The notes beneath the pieces were generated by a model that worked only from the letters and a program-made list of their open reading frames with translations, was not told the DNA's origin and did not search any database. DNA of 64,000 nucleotides, from positions 744,001-808,000 of the forward strand of contig OZ025790.1 in assembly GCA_964019425.1 (NCBI GenBank). The letters run 5' to 3'. Position 1 is the first letter of the stretch, and each line of letters starts with the position of its first letter. A program made the translations under genes and the position numbers. Source of the stretch: Flectonema sp. DT1601 (taxonomy: Eukaryota). Positions 57,801 through 64,000 of this stretch are shown here, piece by piece.

Positions 57801-60800
57801 GGTGGAGGCGACGTGTCGATGTCGATCAGGCACGCCGAAATCGATAGCTCCGGGTTCGTCTTCTCCCACCTTCCCCGAGGGTAGCAGTACACCCATCCAC
57901 ACTTCCAGTTCACGAACGGATTGAAGATCTCCGCGTAGATGCTCGCCCCGGCGCAGAACTTTGCCTTGAGATTGAACAGCTTGAAGAAGTTTTCCTTGAT
58001 GATCGCCCAAATCTCCCCCAAACGAATCTTTCCGTCACCGTTCGGGTCGTACAAGTCGATCGAAGCTTCGAAGCTCACGAAACCCGACGCACGCACGCGC
58101 ACCAGACCCAGGTTGATACTCGCACTCACCCGGATCCCTCCCGATGCCGCCAGCTCCAACGTGTCTTCTCCCGGCGTCTCCGTGTCCGAGATGAAGAATC
58201 CGTTCAGCGCCAGCAGCGGCTTCTTCCGCTCGATAGCCTCCCGGATCCCGGACGTGTCGTACCCGGCCTGCAGCCTTGCGCTCACCTTGAATTCTCCGTA
58301 GAAGTTGATCGCCAGCACGAAGAAGTCGATCCCGAAGTCCACGATCACTTCGATCTCCATCTTCGGCGAGTTCAACGTAATGAGATCCACGTCCTCTCCC
58401 GTGATCAGCCCCAACGCCCCGCTCGGTGACAAGAACGGGTACTGCCACATCGCCTCCGAGTCCGTCAGCCTCTTCAGCAGCTTCTGCATTCCACCCCCGC
58501 CCGTGTCCTTTCCGATGTCCCCGGTGCTCTTGGTCTGCGTCGACGGCTTGGTCTTCGAGCTCGGCGATGTCGCCAACACGTCCCATTCGCGTCCCGTTCC
58601 CTCGAATGTTCCCGGGTTCGGTCCGGTGAACACGAACGGCACAATGTACGGTCCGATCTTTTCCAACTCGAAGTCTCCGAAGTTCAACTTGAACGAATCG
58701 ATTGGAGGGTTTCGGTTCAGCTGCTCCTCCACCTGTTTCACGAGGTCCACGATTAACTGAATCAGTTCAACAATCTCCGTGATCACTCCGAGGTAAGCTG
58801 CAATGTTCTTAACTGATCCACGAACCGGACCACCAGACCCAAGCAGTCCGTTGATCAGCAGTTCCGGCAATTCCAAGATGGTGACCGACCGTCCCGCGAT
58901 GTCCGAGATCACCGGCAGCCTCACCTGCAGGGCGTCCAACACCGGCTGGATTGGCTCCACCAGTTCTGCCAACTTTCCGAAGATTGGCTGCAGCAGCGTC
59001 GTGATGATCTTTCCCATGTCCAGCGACACGTCGAACAGAAGCACCCGGGGCAGCGGAATTGCGCGGGGCTTCTTCAGCGACTTCGACTGGTACTTCTTCG
59101 GCAAGTCCTTCTTCCCCGATTGAGCTGGAAGGGCTGCCGATGACTTCTTCCCCTTCGTGAAAGCTCCAGAGATCGTCCATTCGATGTACGCCCCGCAAGA
59201 CAAACTCGGCAATCCGGGGATCACGGATTCCAGGATTCCGAACCGGAGGTCCATTTCCGCCAACGCCGTGAATTCGTACTCCAAACTCAAAAGCGACAGT
59301 CCACCCTTTTTCAGCTCCTTCAGCGTTAGGTAATTGTCCGTGTTCACGTCCAACACGTCCAAGTAGATTGCTCCAATCAATCCCGTCGCACCCTCGCCAT
59401 CCGGGTAGTCTCTTCCGTTCATCTCGATGTTCATGATGAACAAGTCTCCCGCTGCTCTCAGGTTCGGGAACGTCAGCGCAGCGAACACCGTCAGCTCTTT
59501 TCCGTCTACGTTCAGGTAGAATCCCTTCTTCACACTCATACCGAACTTCAAGTTGAACCTCCACCCGATTACGAATTTCAGGTCCGACGACAGTTCGAAC
59601 CCGAGCGGGAACTCGTCCAATCCGAACCCGATGTCGAACCCAGCTCCCACTTCCCAACTCATACCGATGTTCAAGTTCCACTCGATCGCGTCTGCTTCCG
59701 ACAGGTCTGCTCCGTCAACCAACGCGTAGTTCTCGTCCAGCACCTCGGGCATCACGTTCCCGTCCTTGTGACGCACAGTCACCTCGATCGCTTTCCAATC
59801 CGACGCTGGGTCGTAAGGGTCTGCCGCTTCCAGCAGGATCCCCAGCTCATCGTGGAACAGCAGTCCCATCAACTTCGCAAGCACCTGAGCCACGTTCAGT
59901 TTCTGCCCCGGTTCGTCCTTCGCCAATGCGTCCAGCCCGTTCGTCATCGTGTTCACCAGCCCCGTTCGGAAAGACGAGATGAAGCTCGTGTCCAGCGCGT
60001 CCCGAACTTTCTCCCCGAGCATCGGAAGCAGCAGCTTCTTCAGGATACCCGCCCCACCGGTGATGATCTTGTCCAGCAGGGCCAACACCGAATCGATTCC
60101 ATTGATGATCGTCTGGCTGTCGGTCAGCATTACCTCAACCGGGCTGATGCTGAACTTACCCGACAGCAGCTTCAGCACGTCCAGTCCCGTCACCGTCACC
60201 GAACCTGGAGTGCGGCTCAAGAACGCATCCAGCGACTCAATCTTGAACCCGATCTCCCCGAAACCGTCGATTGGCAGCGAAGCTTGCACCCCTCCCGTCA
60301 ATCCCTGCGTCGCTTTGAAGTCCGCCAAGATTGCCGAGAACGCTCCGCTCTCCAGTGCGTGATTCTGGCTCAAACCGAACCGGTACTGCACCGGCACGTC
60401 CGCGATTCCAACCTCCGCCTTCGCACCTGAGATCGAGATGTCGAACGGACCGAGAGACGCCGCGAAGCTGAATTCTCCCTTCGCCAACAGCTGCAACGTC
60501 AACCCCGTCTCCTTGTTGAGCGACAGCTTCGGCGTCTTTTCCAGCGTCACCTCCAGAGCCAGCACCAGCTCCGCCGAGGCCGAGAACGAGAACACCGACT
60601 CCAAACTAGCCGATGCGTCCACAAGCGACGTCAACGAATCCAAACCCACCTCGTCCAGGGCGTCGCTGTTCTGGATCAGCTCCGCCAGCGACACGTCGAA
60701 CCTCAGCTCCTTCGAATACCCAAGCGCCTTCGTCAGGGATACCTGGATCGAGCTCGGTGCCCCTCCCATCCCCTCCACGTATGTGAAAGTCAGCAGCGAC

Positions 60801-63800
60801 GGGTCCAGTCCCAGCTTGTCTTCGATCAGCTCTTCCAACCGCTTGATGCTCCCTCCGAGGTCGCTTGCGATCGACTCGATCTCCCGCAGCACGACCTGCA
60901 CCGGGTCCAAGATCTCGTTCGGTGTGAACGACAAGAACGGAATCTCCATGTCCAAAATCGCCAAGTCTCCAATCAGACCCGAATCCCCGAACTTTCCCGC
61001 AACAATCGTCGGCACCCCGTCCACCAGGGTTTCCGGAGGCCCGAACACCAGCTCCACCGCGTCCGCAATCAACCCGATGATCTGTCCCAAGTCCATGTTC
61101 TTGATGTCCGACAGGTTCGGGAACGACGGCACGTCCACGGTCACCAAGAAGTCCGAACCTGTTGGCAGAGACGACGTGAAGCCTTTCTGCAGCGGCAGCA
61201 CGAACTCAGGGAGCTCCACCTTGATCCCACCCGCCGTCAGGCTCAGTACCCCCGGAACTTCGATCGACACCGTTCCCTCGGGAAGCGTGAAAGCTCCCGA
61301 GAGCTTCGCCGTCGCCGTCACCAGAGAGAACCGCGTGTCCGCGTCACCGAGCGCCTCACGAAGCGCAGCCAACGTCGTCTTCTCCGTCAGGCTCCCCAGC
61401 ACCACGTCCAACTCGGCCCGCACGAACCCGCTCCCGCCGTCCGCCACCGCCGCCAACACCGCAACGTTTGCCAGGAATCCGAAGTCGGTCGCGTCCAGCT
61501 GCAAAGCCCCCACGAAATGCAACCCCCTCACCAGCGGCGCAAACGTCTTGGCCCGCGAGCTCTCGCTCTTCATTCCTCCCACGTTCTTGAACTCCTCCGT
61601 CACCTCAGTCTCAAACTTCCTCACTCCCGTCGTCGTCACCGTGTACGACTTCTGTTCCGTGTACTGGATCACCGTAATCTTCTTTCCTCCACTCAGTTGC
61701 GCGTCCACCGTCGCCACCTGCTTCGTCAGCTCCTCCACGAGCTTCTTCCCCGAATCCAGAGTCACCGAGTACCGCACCTTGTCCAACACGAAAACGCAAC
61801 CCATCCCGCTCGTCGTCGTTGCCTCCAGCCCCCCCGCAGGCGCCCCGATGATCGACAGGTCACCCGCCGACATCCCGAGACGCGCCCCGAAGTCGAACGA
61901 CAAGTCGAAAGTCGTGCTCAGAGCCAGGTTCGCCGACGCCTCCACGTCCAACAACGGATCCACTTCCGCCCCAAACCGCAGGTTCACCGTCGGGGTCGGC
62001 AGCGACAGTTGCGGAAGTGCCACGTTGAACATGACATCCCACTGCTGCGTCACCGCATCCTGCTCCAGGGTTACCTTCACCACCGTAGGTGCAAGCGCTT
62101 CCGACAAGATCGCGCTCAGAGCGTCAGCCGTGCTGAACGACGGTTCGCGTGCCACGTTCACGACCGTCCCGTCCTCAATCCCGAGCACCTTCACAGGCTT
62201 TCCGAGCATCTCCTCGTACTTCGTGTTCCCCGTCTTCAGAAGGGTCACTCGGAACCCGAGAACCGAAGCCTCAATCTCCTCGGTCGTGCACACCCGAATC
62301 CCCTCCGTCCCGTCATCCCTTGCCGCCACGGTGATCGATGATCCCAATCCAGCAGCGTTTACCGCCTCCGCCACCCTCGCTGCCACTCCAGCGGTCGTCG
62401 TCTCCGCCTGGATCGCCGCGTAGTCCAGCTCAATCAGCGTCACGTACTGCTGGTTGATTTCGATCTCGAACGTCCGGAACGTAAGCGCCTCTTGGAACGC
62501 TGCGTTGTCCGCTCCCGCCCAGCCTGGCAGCATCTCACTCTCGTAGCACAGCGACAGCGTCTGGCGATCCTTCGGTGCCTGCGCCGCCGTCATAACCGAA
62601 ACCAGCTTCTCCGTGATCGAATCTGCGAAGTCGATCGCATTTCCGAGCGACAAGTCTATCAGAGGCAGCGTCACGTTGAAAACTGGCGAACTCGCGTATT
62701 CTTGCAATCCATTGATCACCGTGTTCACGATCTGCACCACGTCAAGCGGCGACAAACCCCGAAAGTTCAGCAGCTGGTCCATGTTGTGGTGCGCAATCGT
62801 CAGTCCCCCCGGGGTGAAGATGTCCGGCAAATCCACCGTTACCCGCGGTCTTAGGTCCTCTCCCCCCATTCCCACATTGTTGCTCCCGCTCAGATCCGTC
62901 TCCCCGATCGTCGCCTTGAACGGAATCTCAGCCTTCACGTGACCACTCTTCGTGATTACCATCGCATCTCCGCTGATCTGCGTGATGGCAACGTGGTTTC
63001 CCCCGGAAAGCGCTCCCTCGAACCGCATCGCGATGCTACCCGACCCCCCGTCAATCGCAGCGCCGAGCACCCCCACCGTCACAGTCGCCTCCAGCCCACT
63101 GTTCAACGACAGGTCCAGCACAAAGTCATCGAACGCGATCGACACGTCGTTTGCCGACACCGACGACAGCCCACCCGACAGGTCGATGCGCAGCTCGAAT
63201 CGGAACCCAAGCGTCGCCTTCGCCGCAAACGTGTTCACCCCGCTGAACTCGAAAAGCTCTTCGTCGATCAGGTCCTGCAGCTTCGGCGTGATCTCCATGT
63301 CAAGCAGCCCGTTTACGAGAAACGAAAGCTCGAACACGTCCCCGTTCCGCCCTCCCGAAACCAATGCGAACGGCACGTTGTTCTGCGGTTTGAAGATCAG
63401 CTCGACCATCGCCAAAAGCTTCTCCTGGTACATCGTGATCACCTCACGCGCCCCGGGGCACACCGGTGACCCCTCGCTCGCCTTGCACGTTGCCGAGTAT
63501 TTCTCGTCCACCAACTTCGTCAGCTCCGCATCCCAGATCAAGAAATCTCCGAACGTCGTCGAGTTCTCCCCCGTCGCCAACATCCCGTTCAGCGAACGGT
63601 CCAGCAACGGAATGTTCGTGTTCAACGCTTCCAACGAGTTCAGTTTCTCCCCGACACTTGCCACCGCCCCGAGACCCGATATCAGCGCGTCCACGATCTG
63701 CGGAGTCAGGGCCACGTCTACCTGGAATTTAGGTCCCGTTGCATCGAACAAGTTGCGATCCACAATGTCCAGCGTCACCAGAACAGATTCCACTCGGATC

Positions 63801-64000
63801 GGCAACGATGCCTCCAAACTTCCCTGCAGGACTAGCGAATCTTTCAGAGGCTGCACGTCGAACGACACCGCTGGCGACGCCGTCTGATCGAACAAAGTTA
63901 CAGGTCCCGCCGCCGTGGCCGTCGAGTTTACTCCGAACCCGAGAAGCAGGTTTCCGCTTTCCAACGTAAGGTCGATCGCCCCGAACGAAAGAGTCTCCAC
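42879..64000 (-). CDS. Giant RTX-like repeat protein, copy B (5' part beyond window): exons >64000-43786, 43601-43377, 43291-42879
   Basis: Same protein as copy A apart from three noticed amino-acid changes. Confidence 0.87.

Overview
Eukaryotic DNA, probably euglenozoan/diplonemid-like. This is inferred from a cruzipain-type protease, GTATGT..CAG introns and co-oriented genes. The window holds a near-identical tandem duplication (offset exactly 37,318 bp) of a two-gene unit on the - strand. The first gene is a cathepsin L-like (papain C1A) cysteine protease with a cruzipain-like C-terminal extension. The second is a giant (~8,050 aa) bacterial-style RTX/Ca-binding repeat protein with an N-terminal signal peptide, one frameshift and two small 3' introns. 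The main observation is that both protease copies are interrupted at the same nucleotide of the conserved GCNGG-coding sequence, by two different elements. One is a 6.65 kb APE+RT non-LTR retrotransposon flanked by a 20-bp target-site duplication; it carries an unusual triple Cys/His C-terminal module. The other is an 890-bp non-coding, hairpin-rich element flanked by the same duplication (17 of 20 bp visible on the window-edge side). The two elements share only short motifs at their 3' ends. This suggests a sequence-specific LINE plus non-autonomous partner that targets a multicopy protein-coding gene.
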